Below, in pieces: positions 41,201 to 57,395 of a DNA stretch of 64,000 nucleotides. Under the pieces are notes generated by a model. That model searched no databases. It had not been told where the DNA came from and saw only the letters and a program-made list of their open reading frames with translations. The number at the start of each line of letters is the position of its first letter. Position 1 is the first letter of the stretch. Source of the DNA: Ranitomeya imitator (lineage: Eukaryota); contig NC_091288.1 of NCBI RefSeq assembly GCF_032444005.1, forward strand, positions 187,302,001 through 187,366,000, in the 5' to 3' direction. The translations under genes were made by a program, and so were the position numbers.

Positions 41201-43441
41201 GCAGAGCTGTATGATCAGAGCCACCTTCTCCCCGCAGAGCTGTATGATCAGAGCCATCACCTCCCCGCAGAGCTGTATGATCAGAGCCATCACCTTCTCC
41301 CCACAGAGCTGTATGATCAGAGCCACCTTCTCCCCGCAGAGCTGTATGATCAGTGCCACCACCTCCTCGCAGAGCTGTATGATCAGAGCCACCTTCTCCC
41401 CGCAGAGCTGTATGATCAGAGCCATCACCTTCCCGCAGAGCTGTATGATCAGTGCCACCACCTCCTCGCAGAGCTGTATGATCAGAGCCATCACCTCCTC
41501 CCCGCAGAGCTGTATGATCAGAGCCATCACCTCCTCCTCGCAGAGCTGTATGATCAGTGCCACCTTCTCCCCGCAGAGCTGTATGATCAGAGCCATCACC
41601 TTCTCCCCGCAGAGCTGTATGATCAGAGCCACCTTCTCCCCGCAGAGCTGTATGATCCGAGCCACCTTCTCCCCGCAGAGCTGTATGATCAGAGCCACCA
41701 CCTCCTCCACGCAGAGCTGTATGATCAGAGCCACCACCTCCTCCCCGCAGAGCTGTATGATCAGTGCCACCACCTCCTCCCCGCAGAGCTGTATGATCAG
41801 TGTCACCACCTCCTCCCCGCAGAGCTGTATTATCAGTGCCACCACCTCCTCCTCGCAGAGCTGTATGATCAGAGCCACCAACACCTCCCTGCAGAGCTGT
41901 ATGATCAGTGTCACCACCTCCTCGTCGCAGAGCTGTATGATCAGAGCCACCTTCTCCCCGCAGAGCTGTATGATCAGAGCCATCACTTCCTCACCGCAGA
42001 GCTGTATGATCAGAGCCATCACCTCCCCGCAGAGCTGTATGATCAGAGGTATCACCTTCTCCCCGTAGAGCTGTATGATCAGAGCCATCACCTTCTCCCC
42101 GCAGAGCTGTATGATCAGAGCCATCACCTTCTCCCCGAAGAGCTGTATGATCCGTTCCACCACCTTCTCCCCGCAGAGCTGTATGATCAGTGTCACCACC
42201 TCCTCGTCGCAGAGCTGTATGATCAGTGCCACCTTCTCCCTGCAGAGCTGTATGATCAGAGCCACCTTCTCCCCGCAGAGCTGTATGATCAGTGTCACCA
42301 CCTCCTCGCAGAGCTGTATGATCAGAGCCACCTTCTCCCCGCAGAGCTGTATGATCAGAGACATCACTTTCTCCCCGCAGAACTGTATGATCAGAGCCAC
42401 CACCTCCTCCCCGCAGAGGTGTATGATCAGAGCCACCACCTTCTCCCCGCAGAGCTGTATGATCAGAGGTATCACCTTCTCCCCGCAGAGCCGTATGATC
42501 AGTGCCACCTTCTCCCCGCAGAGCTGTATGATCAGAGCCACCACCTCCTCCCCGCAGAGCTGTATGATCAGAGCCATCACCTCCTCCCAGCAGAGCTGTA
42601 TGATCAGAGCCACCTCCTCCCCGCAGAGCTGTATGATCAGAGCCACCTTCTCCCCGCAGAGCTGTATGATCAGAGACATCACTTTCTCCCCGCAGAACTG
42701 TATGATCAGAGCCACCACCTCCTCCCCGCAGAGGTGTATGATCAGAGCCACCACCTTCTCCCCGCAGAGCTGTATGATCAGAGGTATCACCTTCTCCCCG
42801 CAGAGCCGTATGATCAGTGCCACCTTCTCCCCGCAGAGCTGTATGATCAGAGCCACCACCTCCTCCCCGCAGAGCTGTATCATCAGTGCCATCACTTCCT
42901 CCCCGCAGAGCTGTATGATCAGAGCCACCACCTCCTCCCCGCAGAGCTGTATGATCAGTGCCATCACCTCCTCCCCGCAGAGCTGTATGATTAGTGCCAC
43001 CACCTCCTCCCCGCAGAGCTGTATGATCAGAGCCATCACCTCCTCCCCGCAGAGCTGTATGATCAGAGCCATCACCTTCTCCCCGCAGAGCTGTATGATC
43101 AGAGCCACCTTCTCCCCGCAGAGCTGTATGATCAGTGCCACCACCTCCTCGCCGAGCTGTATGATCAGTGCCACCTTCTCCCCGCAGAGCTGTATGATCA
43201 GAGCCATCACCTTCCCGCAGAGCTGTATGATCAGTGCCACCACCTCCTCGCAGAGCTGTATGATCAGTGCCACCTTCTCCCCGCAGAGCTGTATGATCAG
43301 AGCCACCACCTCCTCGCAGAGCTGTATGATCAGAGCCACCACCTCCTCCCCGCAGAGCTGTATCATCAGAGCCATCACTTCCTCCCCGCAGAGCTGTATG
43401 ATCAGAGCCATCACTTCTTCCTCGCAGAGCTGTATGATCAG
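26207..43441. repeat. H1-downstream minisatellite array 2 (~500 monomers) with higher-order repeats
   Basis: Same monomer family as array 1, with nested periods of ~510, 2,850/2,922 and 7,320 bp. Ends ...TATGATCAG|TTCTCGG. Confidence 0.98.
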
Positions 43442-43818
43442 TTCTCGGACTTGTAATGATTTTAATATAACAGATGCTGGTCGCAGTTTCAGGATGGGGG
43501 GTGGGGTGATCTGATGATAATGCGGGAGCTGCAGTGTACAGCGCTATATACGGGGACATTTCAGCACAGATACATCAGCTGCTCCAGCAGCGGCAAATAA
43601 TCAGTAAGCGCCTCAGAAAAATGGGGTCGAGATAACACTGGTATAGCCCCCCTATTAATATTACCCATATGTCTCGGGTTATAAGGACAACTCCAATAAA
43701 CATACAAAACCAAAGAAAGGAGTGAACCAGTCCCACAAAACATAATACAAATCAATAATGCTTTATTATTACAGAAAATTATATCCACAAAAATACATAA
43801 AACACATAAATCCAGTAA

Positions 43819-44505
<687 letters not shown>

Positions 44506-45643
44506 ATCTGCCCCGGCAGCGACCACAACACAAAGGCTCTTTTCAGAGCCACCAAATCCTCCCACAAATGAGCCGAGTCCTGAACGGTCCCTCTTCTGCG
44601 CGTATTCTCCGTGTAGGAAGCGCAGGCACGGCCGATCAGTTAATAGACGGCGGCTGCTGCTTCAGATATTGTAGGTGATCAGCGATATTAGTTATTAAAG
44701 GACGGGGTAAAGTGTGTACAGTGCACAGCCCAGGTCTGTGGTGGTGGATATGCGGTTCCTGTACAGCGCAAAGTAAATGGGGTGGATCTGCAGGAACGCG
44801 GTCACTAAGGAGTTAATGGAGTAAAAGTAATCGGTGATTGGTCGGTTCCTGAGCACGGTTCTTTAGGCTGATGTTTTGTGGTCATTTACCGATCCGGTGG
44901 ATTTGAAATTGCTGCTCGCGCTCCCGAGGATCATAACCGATCACAATCTGCTGTCGCACGCGCTGGGTCCTAGTGCCGCCTTCTCAGTCCTGCGGCTTTA
45001 GGTTGTTTTCTATTTTTCTGATCGGAGATCTCTGCGCTTAGTTTCTGTTAATAACCTCATTTGTCCCCCAGATCGGTTAAGGCGCCTTTATGTGAATCTA
45101 TTCTGCTTGACACTGATCTGAGCAGATCCCTCCGTGTGCTGCGATGGTCGCTACAGATCACATTTGTGGTGGGTCGTTATGTAATTCTGGTATATTTGAC
45201 TTTTCCCATCTTCTCCAGGGCTGGAGCCGCAGGGGGACTGGTTACATGCAGCTCCCTGCTCTGAGGGACTGGTAATGGCCGGCACCACGTGTAATGATGA
45301 GTGACTGCCGAGGAGCAGATGAGTTCTCTGTGGATCATTGTCCCTAAAATATACTTTTATTCTACTTTCTAACATTTGGCAGAAGCTGGAAACTAGCAAC
45401 AGAAATAACAATGAAAAAAATCTAGATGACCAACAGATCGAGCAGCGGCGCCGAGATTAGAAGAATAGAGAAGCGGGAAAATAAGAGCACAATAAGCGGG
45501 AAATTCAAAATTAGCAACTGTTCTGTGCTCAACCAATCAGAGACTAAAGGGAGGAGCTAACTGTAAATTCAGTACCAGAAATCTCGCTCCGGAAACGCGT
45601 CATCTCTGCGGTTCTCGCTCCGGTCCGCTCACTCTCTATATAA

Positions 45644-46006
<363 letters not shown>

Positions 46007-47105
46007 TTGTGTTCTGTCCTCACAACCCAAAGGCTCTTATCAGAGCCGCCCACATCTCAGTGAGAGGCTGCACCTGACTGCTCGGATCTGACTTCTGCGC
46101 TCCCTTGGTGCTATCGCTGTAATGCTGGTACAATGCTCATCAGTGCCGACTTCTCCGCATACTACGGGGTCGGAAATCTTACATTGTGGCGGATGGTAAT
46201 TCTGACACTGCTCCGCGGTCCCGGTACCGTCCTCTGATGCTGTGTGGGCGGATGGTTCTGTTGCTCTTATCAGAGCCGCCACATTGATAAGAACAAGCTG
46301 TGATCTCCGCTGTGTGATGCGGCATCTGCTGTAATATGCGCCACCGGCGGCTAAACCGGAAGATCATCGGATGGAATATCCACAGCTATATACATTTATA
46401 TTTCAGCACTGGGCACTTACTGCACTATACCGCTGTATCACAGTGTGCAGCACTATATGGGGGTACAAAGAACTGTTCGGAAAGATGCATTACTGTATAG
46501 AGGTGATTATTCGTATTCACATGTAAAGCGCCATGGAATAAATGGCGCTATAAAAATGTATAATAATAATAAAAATTATTTCTACATGGAAGGTTCACAG
46601 CTGTATGTGGGGATTTCTGCATTACAGGGGGCATACAGCGGTATACAGATGGGCACTGCATTGTTATATGGAGGTATACAGAATTACACGGGGTTCCCAG
46701 CACCATCTGGAGACATTACTGCAATATACGGAGTGTAACATGTCGGCGCTGCACTGTAACTGTCTGCATAATGTGGCACAATCATTTGTCAGTAAGTTGC
46801 AGTATATGGGGGTACTGTGCACTATACAGATGAATAGCAGCACTATATTGGAGTATACTGCAGCACATGAAGGGTAAACAGAGCTACATGAACACATAGA
46901 GCACTATATGAGGGTGCACTGCGGTATATGACGCTTCACAGCACTATTTAGATGTATTCAGCATTATATGTGCTTTACAGCGCTATATGGAGGGTGCTGA
47001 AAAGCGAAATATCAGCTGCAGAACCACCAATGAGCTGCAGTGGGCGGAGCGTAAGACGGTCCCATTGGTCACATGACTTCATCACCCAATAGCACGGCGG
47101 TCTGA

Positions 47106-47582
<477 letters not shown>

Positions 47583-47620
47583 TCGGCTCCGTGCTCTGCT
47601 CCTCACCCCAAAGGCTCTTC

Positions 47621-48587
47621 TAAGAGCCACCCACAGCCTCGCTATAAGAGCCACCCACAGCCTCGCTATAAGAGCCACCCACAGCCTCACTATAAGAGCC
47701 CCCCACAGCCTCACTATAAGAGCCACCCACAGCCTCACTATAAGAGCCCCCCACAGCCTCACTATAAGAGCCACCCACAGCCTCGCTATAAGAGCCCCCC
47801 ACAGCCTCGCTATAAGAGCCACCCACAGCCACACTATAAGAGCCCCCCACAGCCTCGCTATAAGAGCCACCCACAGCCTCGCTATAAGAGCCCCCCACAG
47901 CCTCACTATAAGAGCCACCCACAGCCTCACTATAAGAGCCCCCCACAGCCTCACTATAAGAGCCCCCCACAGCCTCACTATAAGAGCCACCCACAGCCTC
48001 ACTATAAGAGCCCCCCACAGCCACACTATAAGAGCCCCCCACAGCCTCGCTATAAGAGCCCCCCACAGCCTCGCTATAAGAGCCACCCACAGCCACACTA
48101 TAAGAGCCCCCCACAGCCTCGCTATAAGAGCCACCCACAGCCTCACTATAAGAGCCACCCACAGCCTCACTATAAGAGCCCCCCACAGCCTCACTATAAG
48201 AGCCCCCCACAGCCTCGCTATAAGAGCCACCCACAGCCTCGCTATAAGAGCCACCCACAGCCTCGCTATAAGAGCCACCCACAGCCTCACTATAAGAGCC
48301 ACCCACAGCCTCACTATAAGAGCCCCCCACAGCCTCACTATAAGAGCCACCCACAGCCTCACTATAAGAGCCCCCCACAGCCTCGCTATAAGAGCCACCC
48401 ACAGCCTCGCTATAAGAGCCCCCCACAGCCTCACTATAAGAGCCCCCCACAGCCTCACTATAAGAGCCCCCCACAGCCTCGCTATAAGAGCCCCCCACAG
48501 CCTCGCTATAAGAGCCACCCACAGCCTCACTATAAGAGCCCCCCACACCCTCGCTATAAGAGCCCCCCACAGCCTCACTATAAGAGC
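47621..48587. repeat. H2B-downstream 24-bp minisatellite, 40 copies
   Basis: The terminal TAAGAGCTGT at 48581 is 960 = 40 x 24 nt after 47621. Confidence 0.97.
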
Positions 48588-51178
48588 TGTGGCTGCTCCG
48601 GTGTCCTCTCCCGTCTCCCCGATGTGTCTGCTCGCACCGCCCGGGGCTCTGCACCTGGTGATGAGGGAGATGGGGAGAAAACCTCAGGAATAATAATCTG
48701 GGCATTTCTCAGCGAGTTGCTGTGTATTCAAGGACTTCTCTTATTTAACCCCTTGCTGCACAGATCTCGGCATTCTGGGGGAACATTTATTATGATTCCT
48801 GTTCTCCACTTGCTGTGATGTGCCCGTGTGTCTGACATGGAGACGATCAGATCGTCCCTTTCCCATCACAATCAATATTGTGGAGACGATATACTGGTCA
48901 GGGACGTATCCTACAAGAGACATTTCAGGGAAGACCAATTCTGCCCTTCCCAGCAGATCCCACCATGTCTCCCCATTATAGATCAGTCCTACGGCTGCAG
49001 GCAGGAAGTCAGTGATGGGAAATGTACGATCATGTGTAGATCCTCATAGTCTATAATCTTGCGAGCAGGGCCCTCATTCCTCTTGGTATCTATTTTGAAC
49101 TGTGCTTTCTGTTATGCTGTAATATCTATTGTCTGTACAAGTCCCCTCTATAAATTGTAAAGCGCCGCGGAATATGTTGGCGCTATATAAATAAAATTAT
49201 TATTAAGATTGCTGAGAGTTCCCTGCTCAGAACATTACCCTGTGGTGTCGGGATCTCACAGGTCAGGTAGTTACATTATCGGCCGTCACATCCTCCTCAC
49301 AGGATTCCTGCTCAGTTACTGATCGTCCTTCTGTTCTATCACTTTTCCTCCCCGCTTCATCCAGTGTCAGGACTGGCGTCTCTCGGGCAATATATCCACA
49401 TGTAGAAGCTCCGAGAATGAGGAGGGGAACAACGATTCTTAGGAGAAATATCCCAATATAATCGCAGGATAAGATCCTCTAGCACCGGATGTAATGATGT
49501 ATAACGAATGTCACAGATCTCGGAGGAGACTGTTCAGGGTGACAAACGGAGAAGCCAAAAACAAGAGTCAGACCCAAACATCAACCACCATCAGCAAAAA
49601 TGAAAATAGTGGCACCATCAATGATCGGGTGCCACCATGTGCCCGGAAAGCAAAGGGTTAATATAACATGAGATAAAATCACTGCAGTGCAGAGAGCTCC
49701 GATCACAAATCTGACTGTAAGATGCCCAAGTACTGGTGACCTCATCATAGCACAAATGTCACTAATGCCGGGAATATAAGGACTGATCTCCTGCAGAAGA
49801 GCCAGGAAAAAAGAGCAAGTGGGATGAGTCCTGGCCCGGGGTTAATGGAATGTTCTCTGTGGAAACCGAAGATCCTGAGGACGGGGCCGGTGTCGGGCTG
49901 TGTCTATGCCGGTGTGAGATCCCCTGTGCGGCTGCCTGTAATATCCGCAGTGGTCACAGCCTGGGCAGTGTCCGTTATATCCTCCTGACATATACTGGGG
50001 CGGTGTCTGCTCCCATTACTATTTTTGATCTCCCGTCATTCATCTTGGAACTGGTCCGCTGACGTCGTGTGATGCGGTCTCTTCATATTGATCTATAAAA
50101 TATAACACGGATTTACAGGGGAACAGGCTGTACAGTAATATTCTCCTGATCAGATCCGTGTGGGGTGAATAGGGCAGCGAATATTCACAGGGGATGTGGC
50201 TGTGTGAGGCAGCTGGATAGACGGACGCCCTGTGTACCGGGTACGGAGACTCCTGTGTGATGACCACGTCCCGGACACTAATGTTTCGGATGGATGGCGC
50301 CTCTGAAGACTATTAGAACCTCCCCAGAATAATAATGGCCACCGATAAGAAAACCGATCCCCGTGTTTGGGGGCAGACAGATGGGAGGACAGGACCCGGT
50401 ATTATCGGTGATCGCCCCTCCAGCAGAGGGGCCGGTAATAATCCGACGGACAAAGAACAGAGATTGAGCGGGAAATTCAAAACCATCAACGGATCTGCAA
50501 TAAGCCAATGAGCGAGAGACATCCGCAGGCGCCGACCAATCCCAGATACAGGAATATCCGCCTCCATTTAACTCTTTAGTGGCCGTGTGTGCTGACCCCC
50601 ACTACACACTCGCTTTACAGATCCGGCGACTTCCCCCACCCGAGACCCGGCAGCGTCACATCAGGCTCCGGGCAGAACATAGGAGACTTGTCTCAGTCAG
50701 GCTGTGATAGGATCAGCGCGGACACCACAGGGGATCTGCACAGGATAATAAGCGGGTGAGAGAGGAGCCTCCGCCTGTGCAGATGGAGCGGAGGAGAAGC
50801 ACTGACAGGGATTAACCCCTCACCCGCCCGACTGTCATTGTAATTTATTGCTGATAGCAGTCACAAATTCAACAAGTGCAAACTACAAATCAACAGAATA
50901 TTTCTGCATTTCCTTCTGCTCCATGACAAATATCTGTTTTCACCCCTTATCTATTCTGTTCAAAACAAACGTTTTCTATTGGGTGAGAAACTCATTTGAG
51001 CAAGGAGCAGTAATAAGCTCCGCCCTCGGCAGCTCATTGGCGGTTCCTCAAGACTCTTCCTGATTGGCAGCTTCAGATTCATCCAATGACAGGAGAGGAG
51101 GGCGGAGCAGCAGACTATACAAGGCGACACAACACGGTCTCTTCTCCATACGATTTTCTGTCTTTAGTTATCGGCATC

Positions 51179-51570
<392 letters not shown>

Positions 51571-51786
51571 GCGCTGCCGCCAATCTCTACCAAACCAAAG
51601 GCTCTTCTAAGAGCCACCCACACCGTCACCACAAGAGCCGGCGCCGCCTATCTCGGGGGTCCTCACGTGAGGCTGATGGTATATACACCATTGATGCCAC
51701 CAGTTCGTGTGTTGGTGCACATATCCACAGAATAATAGGAGATGAATGGGTCAATCCCACACGGAGTCTCAGACCCTCAGGTGGAG

Positions 51787-54700
51787 TATTATTATTTATT
51801 ATATTTGTTCCATGGCGCTTTACATGTGAGGAGGGGTATACATAATGAAAACAAGTACAATAATCTTAAACAATACAAGTCATAACTGGTACAGGAGGAA
51901 TGAGGACCCTGCCCACGAAGGCTCACAATCTACAAGGGATGGGTGAGAATACAGTAGGTGAGGGTAGAGATGGTCATGCAGCGGTTTGGTCGATCGGTGG
52001 TAACTGCAGGTTGTAGGCTTGTCTGAAGAGGTGTGTCTTCAGGTTCTTTTTGAAGGTTTCAATGGTAGGCGAGAGTCTGATGTGTTGTGGTAGAGGGTTC
52101 CAGAGTAGGGGTGATACGCGAGAGAAATCTTGTATACGATTGTGGGAAGAGGAGATAAGAGGGGAGTAGAGTAGGAGATCTTGTGAGGATCGGAGGTTGC
52201 GAGTAGGTAAGTACCGGGAGACGAGGTCACAGATGTATGGAGGAGACAGGCTGTGGATGGCTTTGTACGTTAGGGTTTTATAGTGGAGTCTCTGGGCAAT
52301 GGGGGGCCAGTGAAGGGATTGACAGAGGGGAGAGGCCGGGGAATAGGGGGGGACAGGTGGATTAGTCGGGCAGCAGAGTTTAAAATAGATTGGAGGGGTG
52401 CGAGAGTGTTAGAGGGGAGGCCACAGAGCAGGAGGTTGCAGTAGTCAAGGCGAGAGATGAGGGCATGGACTAGGGTTTTTGCAGATTCATGGTTGAGGAA
52501 TGAACGGATTCGGGAAATATTTTTGAGTTGAAGTCGGCAGGAAGTGGAAAGGGCTTGGATATGTGGTTTGAAGGAGAGATCAGCATCAAGGATTACCCCG
52601 AGGCAGCGAGCTTGTGGGACTGGGGAGAGTGGGCAGCCATTTACTGTAATGGATAGGTTCGTTGGGGGGGGGTCGCTTGAGATGGGGGAAAGATGATGAA
52701 TTCTGTTTTGTCCATGTTAAGTTTCAGAAATCTAGCGGAGAAGGATGAAATAGTGGACAGACATTGAGGGATTCTGGTTAGAAGGGAGGTGATATCTGGT
52801 CCAGAGATGTAGATCTGTGTCGTCAGCATACAGGTGATACTGAAAGCCATGAGATTCTATGAGCTGTCCCAGGCCAAAGGTGTAAATGGAGAAGAGCAAG
52901 GGCCCAAGGACTGAACCTTGTGGGACTCCGACAGATAGGGGGCGAGGTGAGGAGGTGGTGTGTGAGTGGGAGACGCTGAATGTCCGGTCTGTTAGGTATG
53001 ATGAGATCCAGGATAGGGCCAAGTCTGCGATGCCAAGGGAGGAGAGGGTTTGTAATAATAGGGAATGGTCCACTGTGTCAAAGGCAGCCGACAGGTCGAG
53101 GAGGACAGAGTAGTATCGCTTGCTCTTGGCGGTTAAGAGGTCATTGGTGACTTTAGTTAGGGCAGTTTCGGTGGAATGGTGTGACCGGAAGCCAGATTGT
53201 AGGCGGTCAAAGAGGGAGCAAGAAGAGAGATGGGAGGACAGTTCAAGGTAGACGTGTTGTTCCAGTAGTTTTGAGGCAAAGGGGAGAAGTGATATAGGGC
53301 GATAGCTAGATACAGAGGATGGGTCAAGAGAGGGCTTTTTGAGGATAGGTGTGATTGAGGCATGTTTAAAGCTTGAGGGGAAAACACCAGTTGTTAGTGA
53401 TAGGTTGAAGAGATGGGTTAGGGTTGGGATGAAGATTGTGGTGAGGTGTGGGATGGGAGTGGGTCAAGTGCACAGGTGGTGAGATGCGATCTTGAGAGTA
53501 GAGTGGAGAGTTGATCTTCTGTAATGGTGGAGAAGTTGGTTTTGGAGGTGGAGGGCTGGGAAATCGGGAGGAAGAGCTCTGGGGGTTTTTGACCAAAACT
53601 GTCTCTAATACTATCAATCTTCTGCTTGAAAAATGAGGCAAAGTCTTCAGCAGAGATAAGTGGGGAGGGAGGAGGTGCTGGGGGACGGAGGAGAGAATTG
53701 AAGGTGTTGAATAACTGTTTAGGGTTGTGAGAGAGAGAGGAGATGAGAAGTAGGTTTGTTTAGCTGTGGCGAGTGTGGTCTTGAAAGTAGTGAGGGACTG
53801 TTTGAATGCGATGAAGTGCTCGTTAGAGTGGGATCTTTTCCATCTGCGCTCAGCAGCCCTGGAAGCTCGCCTCAGTTCTTTGGTCAGGCTGGTGTGCCAG
53901 GGCTGTCTATTGATTTTGCGAGCTTTGGTATGTGTAAGTGGGGCAGCAGATTCCAAAGCTAGAGCTATTGTGGTGTTATATAGAGCAGCAGCGTCATCCG
54001 CATTGTGTATGGAACTTATGCCTGTGAGGGGGAGGAGGGATTCAGAGAATGAGTGTAGGTCAAGATGTTTAATATTTCTGCGAGGGTGTGAAAGTTTGTG
54101 GGGTGGGGATTGTAGACATGGAGTGGAGAGAGATGAGAATGTGAGAAGGTTGTGGTCAGAGAGTGGAAGAGGTGAGTTAGAGAGGTTAGATAGAGAGCAG
54201 AGGCGGGTGAAGATGAGGTCCAATGTGTGACCGTCTTTGTGAGTGGCTGCAGAAGACCATTGAGTGAGGCCGAAGGAGGAAGTGAGAGTTAGAAGTTTAG
54301 TGGCAGCTGAGAGGGAAGTGTCAATGGGGATGTTGAAGTCACCCATGATGATAGTGGGGATGTCCGCAGAAAGGAAATGAAGTAGCCAGGTGGTGAAGTG
54401 GTCAAAGAAGATGGTGGCTGGCTCTGGGGGGCGGTAAATGACAGCCAGTTGGAGGTTGGTGGGGGAATAGATGCGCACAGAGTGCACCTCAAAGGAAGGG
54501 AGGGTAACAGAGGGTGGCAGTGGGATTGGGGTGAAGGAACAGTTATCTGACAGGAGAAAACCAACTCCTCCGCCATGTTTGCTGCTGGGGCGGGGTGTGT
54601 GGGAAAGGTGGAAGCCACCGTAAGAGAGTGCAGCAGGGGAGACTGTGTCAGAAGGGGTGAGCCAGGTTTCGGTGATGGCGAGGAAGGAAAGTTTGGTAGT

Positions 54701-54826
54701 AACAAAGACATCATGGATGTAGGAGAGCTTGTTGCAGACAGAGCGGGCGTTCCACAGAGCTCCTGTTAGTGGGACTGGGGAGGCGGGGGATGTGCAAATG
54801 GGTATAAGGTTAGAGAGGTTACGGAC
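51787..54826 (-). mobile_element. Decayed L2-clade LINE, unit 2
   Basis: Colinear copy of 18909-21950 (offset ~32,877). Retains TETWL where unit 1 has TETLL; has an extra 2-bp deletion just after YADD. Confidence 0.9.
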
Positions 54827-55334
54827 GTTTGTGCTAGAGCGAGTGTCGTCTGCGAAGCTCGCAGGAAATGTCCCCTCATTAGTGTCTGATACTCCGCGCT
54901 GAGGTCTACATGTAGTTAGGACCTGCCGGAGTATCGGACCGGGCGGGTGATTCTCCTCATCAGTGACGGCGCCTTCTCTGGGAGGACAGGACTCCGCGCT
55001 GTTCCGGGTGTGACCGGATTGTGATCTCCGCTATCAGCAGTGACCGGTAACAATCCTTCCGAGATTATGAGCAGGAAATTCAAATCTCCCAACGGATCCT
55101 GTGATCAGACAATGAACGGGCAGCCTTGGGAAAGCTCAGCCTTGAAAATAGGAAGTTAAATGGAGGAGAGACGTCTACGTACATCAGGCACACATACGTG
55201 TCTCCTCCGTTTAACTTCTTATTTCCCGTGTTCCAGCTGATCTTTCATTATCAGAGTATCCACAGATGCGGCACCTTCACCCCAGGCCCCGGTAGCGCTG
55301 TGTCCCCTATACACCGGAAACAATGTATACACTG

Positions 55335-55337
<3 letters not shown>

Positions 55338-55396
<59 letters not shown>
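55338..55396. repeat. (AT)n microsatellite, unit 2
   Basis: About 29 AT units. Confidence 0.95.
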
Positions 55397-55402
<6 letters not shown>

Positions 55403-55766
55403 TACACAGGACAGGGGCTGTAGAGGGCAGAACCAACACCTGTGTTCCCCGTACACTGCACTAACTGGATATATATCTACGTGACAGGACCTCCAATCAC
55501 TCCGCCGCGGCTGCAGGACCTCGAAGCACATGTACCCGGCTGTCGGATCTGCCCCTCCACAGCTGTTAGATCTGGAAATGCGCTGTCCTGCTGCCAGACC
55601 TCCAAACGCACCTGCTCGGCTGTCGGACTTCGAAACACACCGTGACTTTGGTAAAGGTGTTTACGGTTTGGCTAAGGATTCCTATATGTCACAAATATTG
55701 GAGATGGGACCGTCCCTACCGTGCCCTTACACTATAGAGCTGCCATCTAGCAGAACCTCAGCTTCC

Positions 55767-56164
55767 ATCTCAGACGCTCTGGTTACATGTGAAGGAGTCC
55801 GGCTTTTCCAGGCCTTATTTATTTGTCTTTGTGACTGTGACCGGCCAGTGGCATTGAAGGCTTGTGAAATCCTTCTCGCCGTGTAGCCCAAACTGCAATG
55901 GGGACACCGATCCCTCCGAACAGCATGGAAGGGACTGGCTGGAGCACACGATAACAGAAACGCAAAAGGAAGGCGGGGACGGTGCCGGGGACCGGCAGGA
56001 GCGCCCACCAGAATGGGCCACTGGGGTCATAAAGACAATGGATTTGGATAACATGAAATGCTCCTTGCCGAAAAACAGCGATTATCTTCGCTAGACTCCC
56101 CTGCCACTGCTGCAGGACGTCAAAACCACTTTATGGGGGGATGCAAGATGCATATTGCTACTGG
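55767..56164 (+). pseudogene. BRAT1: Disabled fragment of the BRAT1 C-terminal coding region
   Basis: Translates across 2 stops and about 2 frameshifts as LFQALFICLCDCDRPVALKACEILL..PEWATGVIKTMDLDNMKCSL..NSDYLR*TPLPLLQDV..QDAYCY. I recognise this from memory as the BRAT1 C-terminus (..LFDCDRPVAQKSCDLLL..LDL..SDH..SP.SLLQD..ADCY*); no database search was run. Confidence 0.75.
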
Positions 56165-56890
56165 TGTGGATGTTAGAGGGACTTTTCTTAATCAGATTTC
56201 ACTGCCAAAAATGCCTTTGTGCTGTAATTGGCAGTGGATCCGACCTGGTATTTCATACAGTGCCCTACTGGGACCCAGGAGCCATCATACAGCTACTCAG
56301 TAACCGACCTGCAGCATTTATTGGGTTCACTGCCCTAACGCCTAAGAAGGAAGTCCTGGTTGTAAGAGAGTAAATGCCTCTGGCACTATAGAGGACAATG
56401 TAGTAGGGATCATGTTTCTGTTACTGTTTTTTTAACCCGTTTGCTGCCAGTACAGTTTTCACATTAAGACAAACAATGAAAAAGAAGCAACCCCCCCCCC
56501 CCCTAATAATTTGTACTTTACAATTAAGGGCCCATTCCTGTGATTTTGCATTACTAAAGCATAACATGATATGTAAAAAAATGCATAAAAATGTGTCTTT
56601 CTGGTTTGTGAAGGGAGAAATGAAAGTAAAAGAGATGCGCCTGTCATATTGTATGTGACGTGACGGAGGGTTAAACAGTAACTGTGGGGGCATCCTGCTG
56701 TGTGGGTATCTTACTGTGTAGGGGGCATCATACTATGTGGAGGGTAACTGTGGGCATCATCCATTGTGGAGGGTATGATCCATCGTGATCTGGAACAGTA
56801 ATGACAATATTTGGGATACCCTCAGTCATAAGGGAAGGAAATTGCATATAATAGAAGCTGGAAAAGATAATTGCAGAAACTGAACAATGA

Positions 56891-57032
56891 GCGGGAAATT
56901 CAAACTTCCCAACAGTTCTGTATTTAGCCAATCAGCAGAGGAAGGGAGGGGCAAATGTAGATTATGTAAGCCCCGCCCTGGAAAGCGTCATCTCTGAAGT
57001 TCTCTCTCTGGTCCATTCTTCCTCCATATAAA
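56891..57032 (+). promoter_or_regulatory. Promoter of orphan H4
   Basis: GCGGGAAATTCAAA 56891, CCAAT 56928, GGTCC 57010, CATATAAA 57025. Confidence 0.65.
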
Positions 57033-57074
57033 GGAGCAGTCCGTGCGGCTCAGGAATCAGTTTTTGCTCACTGA

Positions 57075-57395
<321 letters not shown>

